The position numbers were made by a program, and so were the translations under genes. The notes beneath the pieces were generated by a model that saw nothing but the letters and a program-made list of their open reading frames with translations, made no database searches and was not told where the DNA came from. A DNA stretch of 64,000 bases from Myxococcota bacterium (lineage in GTDB: Bacteria > Myxococcota_A > UBA796 > CAJQPC01), in contig DASCPX010000129.1 in the NCBI GenBank assembly GCA_036012755.1, positions 96,001-160,000 on the forward strand, in the 5' to 3' direction. Each line of letters starts with the position of its first letter. Within the stretch, counting starts at the first letter, position 1. Positions 33,401 to 43,136 of the stretch are shown one piece after another.

Positions 33401-36091
33401 GCCGTCCATGCCTTTCTTCCGGACGACGTCCCAGGTGCGCCTGGAGATGACGACATCGACCGGCACCCCGGCCTGGACCGTGCCCTCGGGGCTCACCGTG
33501 ACGAACTCGAAGGCGGCGCCCTCACCGGCCCTGCCCAGACCGGTCGTGCTTCGGAGGCCCACGTAGAAGCTGGCTGGATGCACCAGCGTGTGGGCCCGGT
33601 TCGCGACCCGTTGGCGGGCGGAGTCGGTGACCTGGACCTCGAGCTCGACCTCGAGGGTTCGGGCCTCGTCGCTGACGGGGACCGTCACGGAGAAGGGGAT
33701 CGCGCCGGTGGCGTCCAGGACGCCCGTTCCCTCTGCGAGGGTCTCTATGCCCTGGTACTCACGCTCCCACCATCCCCTGCTCTCGTCGCCGGCGAAGGTG
33801 AAATCGTCCCAGCCCTCCGGGCGTGGGCGGACCTCTGAAGCGCGGGCGACCCAGCGGGCCTCTGCGCCTCCCATGGCAGCTCCAAAGAGGAAGTTGCCGG
33901 TACCGGTGGCCTCGAGCTCATCACCGGCGATGCCGTGCTCGTCGGCCGAGACCTCGACCCTGAAGCTCGGCGCCCGGTAGGTGTGCACAGGCACGCTCGC
34001 GTAGGTGCTGCCTTGCAGTCCGTCCTTCGTCGCGAACTCGATCGAGCAGCCGGCGGAGCCCATCGCCATCTCTTCCGGCAGCTCGACGTCGAAGGAGAGG
34101 TGGCCATCATCGACCGTTGCCGCTCCATCGAGGAGCACAGCCCCGCGCGCGTCGCTGCAGCTCCAGTTGGCTTCGGCCGGCACGATTGCGAGACCCTCGT
34201 GGTTGGCGAGGCGGGCGCTGGCGGCCACGTGAGCGGTGTCGCCTGGCTTGTAGACGCCGCGGTCGGTGAAGCTGAAGGTCCGCAGCTCGCGGTCATCGTC
34301 CGCGCTGCCGCTGTAGCTCAGGTCGAAGTCCCAGAGGTACAGATCGTGGGGGTTGTCGGAGCTGGTGATTGCCGTGTCGCCGTCGCTCTGGACGACGGCG
34401 AAGATCGGCTCGGACCAGTACCGCCAGCCGGGCTCGACGACATCGGTGGAGACGGCGAGGCCGTCATCGTCGGTCACCCCCGTCCAGATGTTCCTTCTGC
34501 CGCGCACCAGCGTGACCGTGGCGCCGGCGACGGGCTCGCCATCGGAGAGGCGCGTGACCCAGGTGGTGACGCCGGAGGGGCCGGCCTTGACAGTCGTGCC
34601 AAGGTCCGAGACCTGGAGCAGCGCCTTCTGGTAGTAGGCGCTGCCGTCGTAGCGCGTCACCGATGGGCTCGACGTCTCGACCAGCAGCAGGGTGTCGCCC
34701 CGCTCCAGCCATGGGGCGAGGTCGATCCTGTCGATGTGGATGCTGTCGTCCTTTGCGCGAGCCGTGAAGAGCTTCTCTGGCTTCGCGACCTTGCGGCTCC
34801 GCGAGTCCATCAGGTTCGAGCCGCCACCAAGGACCGCGATGACCTGGTCGACGGTCAGAGCCTTCACGCCGACGGAGAGCTCGGAGACGTTGCGGGTTCG
34901 AGCCGGGAGCTCGGTCGGGTTCGTCGACGGGTAGAGCTTGGGGCCGCTCGCGGCGTCGACCATCGGGTCCATGTGACCTGTCGTGAAGCTCCACTCCAGC
35001 GGGGTCGCGTACTCCTGGCCGTGGCTGTCCTTCCAGCCACCCTCGACCTTCACGGTGTACTCGGTCATCGGCTCCAGCCGGACTCCATGACTCCAGGTCC
35101 AGTAGCTGTAGGCCTCCGCGGGATCCCAGCCGTCCGGGGGTTCTGGGCTGATCGAGATCTTCGCTCCGAGCTCCGCGGCGTCCGTCACCGTCGCGAGCTC
35201 CAGGCGGATCGCCGTGTAGGGATCCACCTCCCTGCCCGTGGGTTGGTGATCGGCGATCCCCGGAGGTGGGTAGGTCGAGAACGACAGCTCGAGCTCGCTC
35301 CCGGTGCCGCGGGAGCCCTCCATCCCGGGCAGGCCGGCGGCCAGGACGAGCTGGTAGGACGTGTTCGGGGCAAGGGTCGCCTCGAGGAGCACGGCGCGCT
35401 CGAGCTCCTTGGGGATGCGCACGTCGTCGAGGCTCTCGGGCTCCGGGCGAGAGGCCGTGAACTGGATGGAGTTCCCGGAGGTGTCGGCGATCGTCGTGCG
35501 AACGCGCACTTCTTCGGGGTCGGTGGGCTGATCGAAGACCAGGAGGATCGGGTCCTCCGGGTTGGCCTGGTCGGTGCCCTCACGAGGCCAGGTGCGACGC
35601 AGTTCGGGTGGCGCGGTGTGGAAGGTCCAGCTGAGCGCTTTCTCCAGTGAGCTGCCGTCTGTGGCCACGGTGCCGGCGGGCACGCTGCAAGTGATGTTGG
35701 AGCTGCGGGGGAAGTGGCCGCCCTCGGGTGAGAAGACGGCTGTGGTGGTCCCTGCCCACCGGGCGAGGCCCTCGACGCTGTCGCAGGACAGCGGCACCGT
35801 CGCCTCGTCGATGCTCGTGAGCGCCGTGAGGGGCCTGTCGAAGACCACGATGGCTTGCATCGGTCGGGCCTGGTCGCCTGTCGGACCGACGAAGCCAACC
35901 TGCAGACCCGCGCCGACGTCGATCTCGCCGGCTGGCGAGAGGTCGCCTCGGCCTATTGGGAGGATCTCGGCGAAGAACGCGGCGGCCGGTTCCACCTCGA
36001 GCGCGCTCGCGGCAGCCTTCCGCTTGGGACCGAGTGTCCGGGTCTGGACGTCATCGTCGCCCCAGCACGCAAGGGCTAGCATGAGCAACAC
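30431..36091 (-). CDS. Alpha-2-macroglobulin family lipoprotein with Ig-like N-terminal domains
   Basis: TDRGVYKPG, LPDDLTTFR, thioester YPHGCLEQ, AEEMYRPE; GGAGG RBS before GTG. Confidence 0.95.
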   Translation of the reverse strand: MLLMLALACWGDDDVQTRTLGPKRKAAASALEVEPAAAFFAEILPIGRGDLSPAGEIDVGAGLQVGFVGPTGDQARPMQAIVVFDRPLTALTSIDEATVPLSCDSVEGLARWAGTTTAVFSPEGGHFPRSSNITCSVPAGTVATDGSSLEKALSWTFHTAPPELRRTWPREGTDQANPEDPILLVFDQPTDPEEVRVRTTIADTSGNSIQFTASRPEPESLDDVRIPKELERAVLLEATLAPNTSYQLVLAAGLPGMEGSRGTGSELELSFSTYPPPGIADHQPTGREVDPYTAIRLELATVTDAAELGAKISISPEPPDGWDPAEAYSYWTWSHGVRLEPMTEYTVKVEGGWKDSHGQEYATPLEWSFTTGHMDPMVDAASGPKLYPSTNPTELPARTRNVSELSVGVKALTVDQVIAVLGGGSNLMDSRSRKVAKPEKLFTARAKDDSIHIDRIDLAPWLERGDTLLLVETSSPSVTRYDGSAYYQKALLQVSDLGTTVKAGPSGVTTWVTRLSDGEPVAGATVTLVRGRRNIWTGVTDDDGLAVSTDVVEPGWRYWSEPIFAVVQSDGDTAITSSDNPHDLYLWDFDLSYSGSADDDRELRTFSFTDRGVYKPGDTAHVAASARLANHEGLAIVPAEANWSCSDARGAVLLDGAATVDDGHLSFDVELPEEMAMGSAGCSIEFATKDGLQGSTYASVPVHTYRAPSFRVEVSADEHGIAGDELEATGTGNFLFGAAMGGAEARWVARASEVRPRPEGWDDFTFAGDESRGWWEREYQGIETLAEGTGVLDATGAIPFSVTVPVSDEARTLEVELEVQVTDSARQRVANRAHTLVHPASFYVGLRSTTGLGRAGEGAAFEFVTVSPEGTVQAGVPVDVVISRRTWDVVRKKGMDGYWTWESEPTDEAVETATVSSEETAAKVPFTPKEAGYYVISASAKDSEGRTSKGEAGLYVAGSGASWARGDDNLVELVPDKRSYAPGDTAKLLVKAPKEGMTALITVERERILDRRVVKLATAAETVEIPLTEQAAPNVFVSVLLTESAPPADSPDAGTPSWHLGYTELEVSAEGRHLDVAIESDDSVYQPGQNVTVDVSVTRNGSPAEGAQVVLYAVDHGVLSLTAYETPDPFDRYWRSHPLNVRTADSRRQVLDRGALLVKGAPAGGGGGDSGPALRSRFETTPLWEPDLEADAEGKVRVTFTLPDDLTTFRIMAVVLHEAEGFGSAEREIQVSRPLIAQPALPRLLRVGDRARAGIVVHNNVDEDREVAVVAEAVGVELIDGTTSVTVPARGNVEVAFELQEPEPGEAVFTFDVEAGPDRDRVEVTIPIERPIPVETVATAGTSAGEVTEHITMPKGAQPGVGGLDIQISNTVLVGTDASLDYLVQYPHGCLEQTSSRLLAAILAKDLGDLAGLDRDPAELDALIDAGLARIELFEHASGGYAYWPGQKEPSVLATAHLAEVLHHAQLQGVGPGVSEETVRFLRNFMDGRWTPTWWAEETTWSARSRVALTLARIGEGDPGWNSALWDRRDKLSLTGRFELMETIGRTSGPDARTTELQGQIEGHLFVEATRAVVKDDDMARWAALFDGDMAPTAAALRALMVVEPEHALVPKLANGIVAGRNQGRWGNTYTTLRSFQALSAYAEVYEGDPARAVSVRIGALLLEEELTPGEWLQHEVPIDRIDSKDVTIQPLDGRAYYELRLAYGMDEMPPRDAGFTVTRTMTIIEGAGVADQVDPGAMVEIELRVSTPIDRTYVAVVSPLPAGLEPVDTFFATSASSLGDGELQDTGYGYYGYYGGWYDTGWSDESPTWSDWVFVHRELRDDQVMLYADWMPAGVHTYSYVARATTPGEYSYPAATAEEMYRPENFGRTEQGRFTVGEAPLAQSQ

Positions 36092-36126
36092 CGTGCACCT
36101 CCGAAGGGGGAGGATAGGGTACGGAG

Positions 36127-37239
36127 GTGCAGGAATCCTGGCTGGACCGGGCTCCTTCCCACTCGGATGAGCTCCCGACCCGCTGCGACGTGTTGGTGGT
36201 CGGCGGCGGGCTGGCTGGCATCGGGTGCGCGCTGGAGTTGGCACGCGGGGGCGCCTCGGTCGTACTCTGCGAGGCCTCGGACCGCCTGGGCGGCGGTTCC
36301 ATCGGTCGTGACCCGGGCCTGGTCCAGGTCGGAACCAGCGAGCACACCCACCGCCTGCGAGCGGCGCTGGGTGACACGCGCTGCGCCGACTACCTCGCGG
36401 TCTCGCGGCGATCTTCCGCGCTTTTGAGCGAGCACGTCGCGGTGCGCGAGGGCCTCGTGCGCCTCGGTCTCGGGGCGGAGGTCGATGAGCTCGAAGCGGC
36501 CGTCGAGGCGGCCGTCGAGCTGGGTCTTCAGAGCCGCTTGGAGGAGACGGTGGCGGGTCCTGCACGCTCTGTCGAGGGCGATGGCCTGGTCGATCCAGTC
36601 GAGCTCGTCGAGGTCCTCGCGGCCAAGGCTCGGGAGGCCGGAGCCAGGCTGGTGACGCGCGCCCGGGTCCGTCACATCGCGCCGGGTCCGAGGGCTCGCG
36701 TCGACTGGCGGGAGCTGAGCTGCGAGATGGTGATCTACACCGCGGGGTACCAGACCCAGGGTCTCGACCGCTGGTTCGACGACAAGCTCTACCCGGTGCG
36801 CCTGCAGACGCTTGCCTTCGAGGGGGAGCTGCCGTTGGAGGGCGCGTCCGCTCAGCACGGCTACCTCACCTGGCGGCGGACCCCATGGGGCGTGCTGGCC
36901 GGTGGGGCCCGGTGGGCCACGCCGCACATGGAGCTCGGCGAGACCGACCCTGTGTGCTCAGCCATGGTCGGAGCCCGGATCTCGGCGATGACGGCCCGGA
37001 CCTTCCCCTCCGTCTCGAACGAGATCCTCGCCGCGCAGGCCCGCATCGAGTGCTTCACCTGCGACAACCTGCCGCTGGTCGGAGCCCTGCCCGGTCAGCC
37101 CCGGAAGCTGGTCTGCACCGGCTTCGGGGAGCACGCACTGTCACTGGCTCCAGGCTGCGCGGAAGGGCTCGCGCGGAGCATCCTCACAGGCGAAGCTGCC
37201 CTGCCCGAGCTGCTCTGTCCTGGCCGGATGGTGCTCTGA
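36127..37239 (+). CDS. FAD-dependent oxidoreductase (DAO family)
   Basis: VVGGGLAG, DNLPLVG, GFGEHAL. Confidence 0.88.
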   Translation: MQESWLDRAPSHSDELPTRCDVLVVGGGLAGIGCALELARGGASVVLCEASDRLGGGSIGRDPGLVQVGTSEHTHRLRAALGDTRCADYLAVSRRSSALLSEHVAVREGLVRLGLGAEVDELEAAVEAAVELGLQSRLEETVAGPARSVEGDGLVDPVELVEVLAAKAREAGARLVTRARVRHIAPGPRARVDWRELSCEMVIYTAGYQTQGLDRWFDDKLYPVRLQTLAFEGELPLEGASAQHGYLTWRRTPWGVLAGGARWATPHMELGETDPVCSAMVGARISAMTARTFPSVSNEILAAQARIECFTCDNLPLVGALPGQPRKLVCTGFGEHALSLAPGCAEGLARSILTGEAALPELLCPGRMVL

Positions 37240-37245
37240 GGACGG

Positions 37246-37734
37246 TTAGTCGTCATCGACGGCAAGCTCCAGCTGCCAGTCCATCATGATGCCGACGTGG
37301 GCGTCCTCGACCGAGCCGTCGGGGCCGACGATGACCGTCGTCGGAAAGGTGTCGATGTCGTAGAGCGCCAGGGTCTCCTTGTCGCCGAGCAGGATCGGGT
37401 AGCGCATGTCGAGCTTCTTTCCGAAGGCCTTCAGCCCGGCTGGCGTACCGTCCGCTGCGATGCCGAGCACGGGTACGTCCGGGTGGTCGACGGCGAACTG
37501 GGAGAAGGTCGGGATCTCCGTCCGACAGGGCCCGCACCAGGTCGCCCAGAAGTTCAGGACCACGGTCTGGCCTTTGTAGTCGGACAGCGCGTGGGTCTCT
37601 CCGTCGACGTCCAGCAACACGAACTCGGGAGAGATCTCCGGCAGATCGGGCCCGGGGCGCAAGGCCGAGAAGGCCAGGTAGACAGCCGCCGCGATGGCGA
37701 TGCTGATGCCCCAGTCGCGGAGATAGCGCCACAT
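37246..37734 (-). CDS. TlpA/ResA-like thiol-disulfide oxidoreductase
   Basis: N-terminal TM; NFWATWCGPC; FPTT. Confidence 0.92.
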   Translation of the reverse strand: MWRYLRDWGISIAIAAAVYLAFSALRPGPDLPEISPEFVLLDVDGETHALSDYKGQTVVLNFWATWCGPCRTEIPTFSQFAVDHPDVPVLGIAADGTPAGLKAFGKKLDMRYPILLGDKETLALYDIDTFPTTVIVGPDGSVEDAHVGIMMDWQLELAVDDD

Positions 37735-37779
37735 ACTCTCTACGTATGCAGGATCGGGCCCTGCGGATACCCTCGCGGT

Positions 37780-38445
37780 GTGCTGTTGCTGTTTGCCTGC
37801 TCCGAGATCACCCCGATCGAGAGCGACGAGGACTTCACGAATCGCCTTCGCGACGAGGTCGCATCGCGCCTCACCGGGCACACGGTCGAACTCAGCGCCG
37901 AGCTCCAACTGAGCGTCACCGCACCCGACGGCTTCGAGCAGGAGCTCCACCTGGACTCTGTCCGAGCGGACTGCCTGAAGAGCCCTGATGGCTGCAAGCA
38001 GGCAGTGATCGCCTATGTCGATCGACAGGGGCGGATGGCCGAGGCCCGCTCCGAGCCCCTCCGCTTCGCGCTCTTGCGACCGATGCTCTTCAACGGCGGC
38101 GTCGCCCGCGCTCTCGAGCTGGAGCATCGCCCCTTCGTCGAGGACCTCGTCGTCGTGCTCGTCCTGGACAGCGACGACCGCACGCGCATCGTCGACACGA
38201 CCGAGCTTGCTTCCAGAGACTCCGACTTCGACACGGCGCTTTCCTACGCCATGGCCCAGCTGGGCACGGAGCCTCGCCGAGCTGCCGATCGCATGCTGGT
38301 CGCCGAGCTGTGGACCGACGAGTGCGTGAGGCCACTGTCCCCGGATTTGCTGTTGCTCGACGGGGAGCCCGAGCCGGCCTTGGAAGCTCCGAAGCTCTCC
38401 GAGCACCGCTTCTGTTGGCGAGGATCGAGCTGGATTCGGCTATGA
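37780..38445 (+). CDS. Putative lipoprotein, DUF1444-like (possibly truncated)
   Basis: MLLLFAC; LRPML, RPFVEDLVVVLVLD...AMAQL pattern. Confidence 0.5.
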   Translation: MLLLFACSEITPIESDEDFTNRLRDEVASRLTGHTVELSAELQLSVTAPDGFEQELHLDSVRADCLKSPDGCKQAVIAYVDRQGRMAEARSEPLRFALLRPMLFNGGVARALELEHRPFVEDLVVVLVLDSDDRTRIVDTTELASRDSDFDTALSYAMAQLGTEPRRAADRMLVAELWTDECVRPLSPDLLLLDGEPEPALEAPKLSEHRFCWRGSSWIRL

Positions 38446-38473
38446 ACCGGTGCTTCCAGACGTTCTCGTGCAC

Positions 38474-39153
38474 ATGGACGCCACGGTCGCTTCGATCCGC
38501 TTCGGTCTGGGCCCCCGCCCAGGAGAGCTCGCCGACATCGGAGACGCGCCCCGCGACTGGCTGATCCGACAGCTCGGCGCCGCTGGCGGGCCGGATGGGC
38601 CGAGCCGCAGCGAGGTGGTCCACAGGCTCGTCCGTGCCTTCCGGAAGACAGACAAGGACGCCTTCCGGGAGGAGTCCAGGGAGCGCTACCGCGAGGACGC
38701 CGAGGCGGCGGCCCGCTACGCGGTCGAGACCGCCGCGCCCTTCTTCGAGCGGTTGGTGCGTTTCTTCAGCAACCACCTGGCCGTCAGCATCGACAGGCCG
38801 GAGATCGCCGGCCTCGTCGGAAGCTACGAGCGGCACGCCATCCGGCCGAACCTCCGCGGCAGCTATGCCCGCCTGCTCATCGCCTCCGTCATGCACCCGG
38901 CGATGCTCATCTACCTGGACAACAACGGCTCCATCGGCCCGAACAGCAAGGTCGGTCAGCGCAAGGGCAAGGGCCTCAACGAGAACCTCGCCAGGGAGAT
39001 CCTGGAGCTCCACACCCTGGGAGTGGACGGAGGCTACGAGCAGGCCGATGTCGAGGGCTTCGCCCGCATCCTCACCTGCTGGTCCTGGGGCGCGATCTGA
39101 GCCGGCGCGAGCTCGCTCTCTGGCTGGCCAGCCCGGAGTTCCAGCGCCGATGA
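38474..39153 (+). pseudogene. DUF1800 family gene with internal deletion and frameshift
   Basis: HPAMLIYLDN, NENLAREILELHTLG, then a stop at 39098-39100. The C-terminal LASPEFQRR* persists in another frame, ending 39153. Confidence 0.85.
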
Positions 39154-39752
39154 GCAGTCGTCGCCAGTTCCTCCTCGGGAGCGCATCGTTGGGGCTGCTG
39201 GGCCTCTCCGAGCCGGTCTTCGCGCGGCCGAAGGCCCGCTTCGTGCTCCTGATCCTCCGCGGTGGGCTCGATGGGCTCAGCACGCTGGTGCCCTACGGCG
39301 GCCCCCACCACGCCCAGGCGCGTGGAGACGCTGCTGTGAGCGAGTTCTTCGACCTCGACGGTTTCTTCGGTCTGCACGAGTCCCTCGACCCGATCCGGCC
39401 CCTCTGGCGTCGCGGCGAGCTCCTGCCGGTCCACGCGGTCGGGCTGCCCTATCGGGAGCGGTCCCACTTCGACGCCCAGGATCTGTTGGAGAACGGCACG
39501 TCCAGCCCCAACGGTGCGCGGGATGGCTGGCTCGACCGGGCGCTGCGCATCACCGGGCTCAGCGGCGGGCGTGTGCTCTGCGACTGGCCGGGCCTGGACG
39601 AGCTGTACGAGGGCCGCGATCTGCGGGCCACCACGGACGTGCGCGGGCTCTTCAAGGGAGTCCTCCGAGACCACCTCGGCGTCGCAGTCTCAGATCTCGA
39701 CGAGGTGGTCTTCCCGGACAGCGAAGCGGTGCGGCCGGTCACTCTGGGCTGA
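39150..39752 (+). pseudogene. DUF1501 family gene with large in-frame internal deletion
   Basis: Tat SRRQFL, LRGGLDGL, RSHFDAQ, GWLDRAL joined directly to the C-terminal GGRV..DWPGL..RDL..TTDVR; only 200 aa. Confidence 0.75.
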
Positions 39753-41379
39753 GCGCGGCCCTCGGGATGGAGTAGACGGTGGTCGTCGCCGTCCTCGCGT
39801 TGAAGGACTCCAGGGGCTCGAAGTTCGCGACGACCCAGGCGTCGAGCTCCTCGTTGGCGGCGTCGGCGACGCCGGTGACCCGGTTCTCGAGCACGTAGGG
39901 GAGGTCGCCGGAGCCGGTGCACTGCTGCCGGAGCTTGGCGAGGGACTCGGAGAGGGTCAGGTCGGGGGCCTCGGTCGTGCGAGGGCACATCTGGCGCTGG
40001 GCGTGGAAGCTGATGCCCTGGGTTCGCGTGATGATCGAGCCACCCGCGCCAAAGTGGTCCACCACGAACTCGCCGACCTCGCGGTTCTGCCAGCCCTCCT
40101 CCCAGGTGCCGGCCCCCGGACGTCGTTTCTCCAGGTGTGGCCAGGTCACGCACGCGGCGAGCAGGCAGGCCCCGAGCGCGATCCACCCCCCAGGCCAGGG
40201 CTTCCAGAAGCGCTGGATCACCAGGTCCAGCGGTGCGCACATCGAGGCGATGCCGCGACCGACGAGGAGGAAGACGAAGGGGTAGGCGTAGTAGCGGTAC
40301 CGGAAGGGCGCGCGGGCGGCCTCCTGCAACACCACCGGCGCCAGGATCACCAGGAACAGGATCCCCCAGCGCCAGTCCCAGGACAGCCGGCGATGGCGGT
40401 CCTGCGGTGGCAGTCCGATACCGAGCACGCCGAGCCAGAAGGCGACCAGCACCAGGCCCCAGGGCAGCCCTGCGTCCCGCACGAGCGCCAGACCTCGCTG
40501 GATCGCCATTGTCGGGGCGTCGCCCATGCGTTCGGTGACGAACTCGACGGCGGTTGTGAAGCCAGAGCCGGAGCCCGACTGGGCACCCAGGACCCCCTCG
40601 CTGTAGACATGGGTGACCTGGTCCATCGAGAAGTTCGGGTATGGCTCCATGAACCAGCGGAAGGTGAGGAAGCCAGCGCCGAGCAGGATCAGGGGGCCCA
40701 GGAGCCGCCGGCGCCAACTTCCCTGGTGCAACAGCAGCACCAGCGCGCATGGCAGCGGGAACAACAGGCCCATGTAGTGGGTGGCGGTCGCCGTCCCCGC
40801 GGCGACGCCGGCGAGCACGATGGCGATCGCGGGTCCCCGGGTCCCCCAGATCGTGAAGGCAATGAGCAAGGCCACCGAGAGGCTGAAGACCGGATCGACG
40901 CCATAGAGCTGTTGGCTCAGGAGCAGGTCCGGGCTGGTGGCGACGAAGAAGGCGGCCAACAGGGCTGGTCCCCGCCCGCTGGTCATGCGCCCGATCCAGT
41001 AGATGACGAGCGCTGTGAGGTAGCCGGCAAAGTGGTTGGCGAGGTGGCCTCCGAAGACCACGTCGTCGGTCCACAGAGCCATCCCTGCGGTCGCCCAGCC
41101 GTAGACCGGCAGGCGGTGGAGGTCCAGGTAGCCGCCCTCCATCAGGGCTCGGGCGTTCGCGGCCCAGTTCCCGGCGTCCGGTCCGAAGAGCACGAAGTCA
41201 CTGGCGGTGCCGTAGTCCCACCACCACTCCGGCACGTCGAGCTCCGGTACATGGTCCGGCTGTCCGCGCCTCCACGCCGAGGCGCGCATGTACGTGACGA
41301 ACCAGATGGCGCCTGCGTCTGCGAGGATCGCGACCAGGACGCGCAGGATGGGCCACAGGCGCTTCAGCGGAGCCTCCAC
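39739..41379 (-). CDS. Multi-TM GT-C-like (ArnT/PMT-type) glycosyltransferase
   Basis: About 11 TM segments; FGPD..W loop, HRLPVY, YRYY; soluble C-terminal domain. Start GTG 41379 or CTG 41367. Confidence 0.65.
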   Translation of the reverse strand: MEAPLKRLWPILRVLVAILADAGAIWFVTYMRASAWRRGQPDHVPELDVPEWWWDYGTASDFVLFGPDAGNWAANARALMEGGYLDLHRLPVYGWATAGMALWTDDVVFGGHLANHFAGYLTALVIYWIGRMTSGRGPALLAAFFVATSPDLLLSQQLYGVDPVFSLSVALLIAFTIWGTRGPAIAIVLAGVAAGTATATHYMGLLFPLPCALVLLLHQGSWRRRLLGPLILLGAGFLTFRWFMEPYPNFSMDQVTHVYSEGVLGAQSGSGSGFTTAVEFVTERMGDAPTMAIQRGLALVRDAGLPWGLVLVAFWLGVLGIGLPPQDRHRRLSWDWRWGILFLVILAPVVLQEAARAPFRYRYYAYPFVFLLVGRGIASMCAPLDLVIQRFWKPWPGGWIALGACLLAACVTWPHLEKRRPGAGTWEEGWQNREVGEFVVDHFGAGGSIITRTQGISFHAQRQMCPRTTEAPDLTLSESLAKLRQQCTGSGDLPYVLENRVTGVADAANEELDAWVVANFEPLESFNARTATTTVYSIPRAALSPE

Positions 41380-43127
41380 ACGCCGTAGCGTCCAGACTCG
41401 AAGAGCAGCACGCCGTCCTCGAGCAGCAGCTCCGCGAGCTGCTCCTCTGGAGCTCGGAACTGCTCCTCGAAGGTGGCCTCCGACAGGAAGGGGTAGGACT
41501 TGTGGATGAAGTTCACGCGGCCAGCCAGCACATGAGTGACGCCCTCTCGACGTAGCCAGTCGAGCGTGTCGTCGCCGTGGACGTAGATCAGGTGCCGCGT
41601 CGGGACGTGGTCCTCGACGCTGGAGAGCACGTAGGGGCGGTCGAGGTAGTAGTCGGGCCAGGCGAACAGGACGGCGAGCCGCGCATCCTCTGGGAGGTGC
41701 TCGCTGGCGAAGCGCGCTGCGTCGTGGCCGGGCACCCGGGCCTCGAGATCCACCTCGCCGACGGGGACCTGCTCGAGCCAGGGTCCGAGGTTCGAGGGCA
41801 GCCCGGCGAGCCAGGCGGCGCCGATCCCAGCGAGCCCCCAGCGCGGCAGCGCCGAGGCGCCGATCCCAGCGACGATGGCGAGGATCGGCAGGGTCGGCAG
41901 CAGGTAGCGCAGCCAGTGCGGACCGGCAGCCCAGCCGACGCAGCCCACCAGCGCGACGGCTGCGACTGCCAGGAGGTCCCCGCGCTTCCTGATCACCACG
42001 ACCAGCGCCAGGATCGCGCCGAGCAGGAACAGGGGTGAGATGCGGCCGAGGAACACGTAGGTCGTCGTCTCCGCGTGCACCGTGGCGTTCCAGGGCAACA
42101 GGAGCAGATCGATGGCCTCTCTGCCGAGGCCGTAGCGCTCGACGAAGACGAACTCGAAGCGCTCGGATGTCCAGCCCTCGAAGGGGAAGAGCGGGTGGAG
42201 GCCCTCCAGCGCGTTGCGCAGCCACCACGGGACCAGCGAGGACAGGGCCGCGCCGCCGGTCGCCAGGGTGCTCTTCGTCTCGCGCGTTCGAACGAGGTGG
42301 ACCAACCAGATGCCGGCGAGCACCGGCGCCGCCGTGTACTTCAGCGAGATGGCGACGGCCCCGAACAGCGCCATGCGCCAGTGTCTCCCCTGGAGCGCCG
42401 CGTCGAGACACAACAGGCACGCCAGCGCCATGGGCAGGTTGTTGTAGGCGAGGCCAAGCTCGCGGACGAAGGTGTAGCTCCCAGCCAGGGCCAACACGGC
42501 GATGACCCCCGCAGCGGGACCGGCGAGGCGCCGCGCGAGGGCCTCTGTGCGGAGCAGCAGCAACAGGCCGATGCAGAGATGGAGGAGCTTGGCGGCGGTG
42601 GCTCCGCCAACGGCCATCGCCGCCGCGTAGACCAGGTGCAGGGGCAAGGGCCTCGCGGCGTTCGGGCGGAGCTCTCCGGTGGGCAGGGAGCCCTCGGACA
42701 AGAGCTGCTTGGGCAGCGCGAGGTGCTGGTAGACCTCGTCGGTGTCGGTCGGCTCGCCGAGGGCGACGAGGCCGGCGACGATGGCCAGCGGGAGCAGGAG
42801 CGCGAGCACCCCCCACGGCGCCGCGGGCAGACGCACCACCGGGCGCCGCAGCCAGCCAGCCGTGGCGAGGAGCAGGGCGCCGCCGAAGAGGATGGGCTGG
42901 GCGACGCCGAAGGTCAGTGGCAGGAGCAGGACTCCCAGGAGCCCGAGACCGGCCATCAGCGCTTCATCGATCTCGGCGTCCCCGAGCAGCGCCGCGCCGA
43001 GGCCGGTACAACCGATGCCCGCCACCAACAGCCCGGCGAGCCCCCTGAGCGCTGGAGGGGGGCCGACCACGGCGAACGCCAGGAGCAGGATCCCCGCGGC
43101 GAGCAGGTGCGGGAGGAGGCGCCTCAC
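41364..43127 (-). CDS. Multi-TM GT-C-like glycosyltransferase
   Basis: DTDEVYQHLALPK acidic loop, KYT, PWWLRN...HPLFPF, RYLLP. Confidence 0.7.
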   Translation of the reverse strand: MRRLLPHLLAAGILLLAFAVVGPPPALRGLAGLLVAGIGCTGLGAALLGDAEIDEALMAGLGLLGVLLLPLTFGVAQPILFGGALLLATAGWLRRPVVRLPAAPWGVLALLLPLAIVAGLVALGEPTDTDEVYQHLALPKQLLSEGSLPTGELRPNAARPLPLHLVYAAAMAVGGATAAKLLHLCIGLLLLLRTEALARRLAGPAAGVIAVLALAGSYTFVRELGLAYNNLPMALACLLCLDAALQGRHWRMALFGAVAISLKYTAAPVLAGIWLVHLVRTRETKSTLATGGAALSSLVPWWLRNALEGLHPLFPFEGWTSERFEFVFVERYGLGREAIDLLLLPWNATVHAETTTYVFLGRISPLFLLGAILALVVVIRKRGDLLAVAAVALVGCVGWAAGPHWLRYLLPTLPILAIVAGIGASALPRWGLAGIGAAWLAGLPSNLGPWLEQVPVGEVDLEARVPGHDAARFASEHLPEDARLAVLFAWPDYYLDRPYVLSSVEDHVPTRHLIYVHGDDTLDWLRREGVTHVLAGRVNFIHKSYPFLSEATFEEQFRAPEEQLAELLLEDGVLLFESGRYGVWRLR

Positions 43128-43136
43128 CGGCGCAGG

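Noticed and set aside
36127..37239. DAO-family enzyme as thiO
   Set aside because: About 18 kb from thiG; the motifs do not distinguish it from other DAO-family enzymes.
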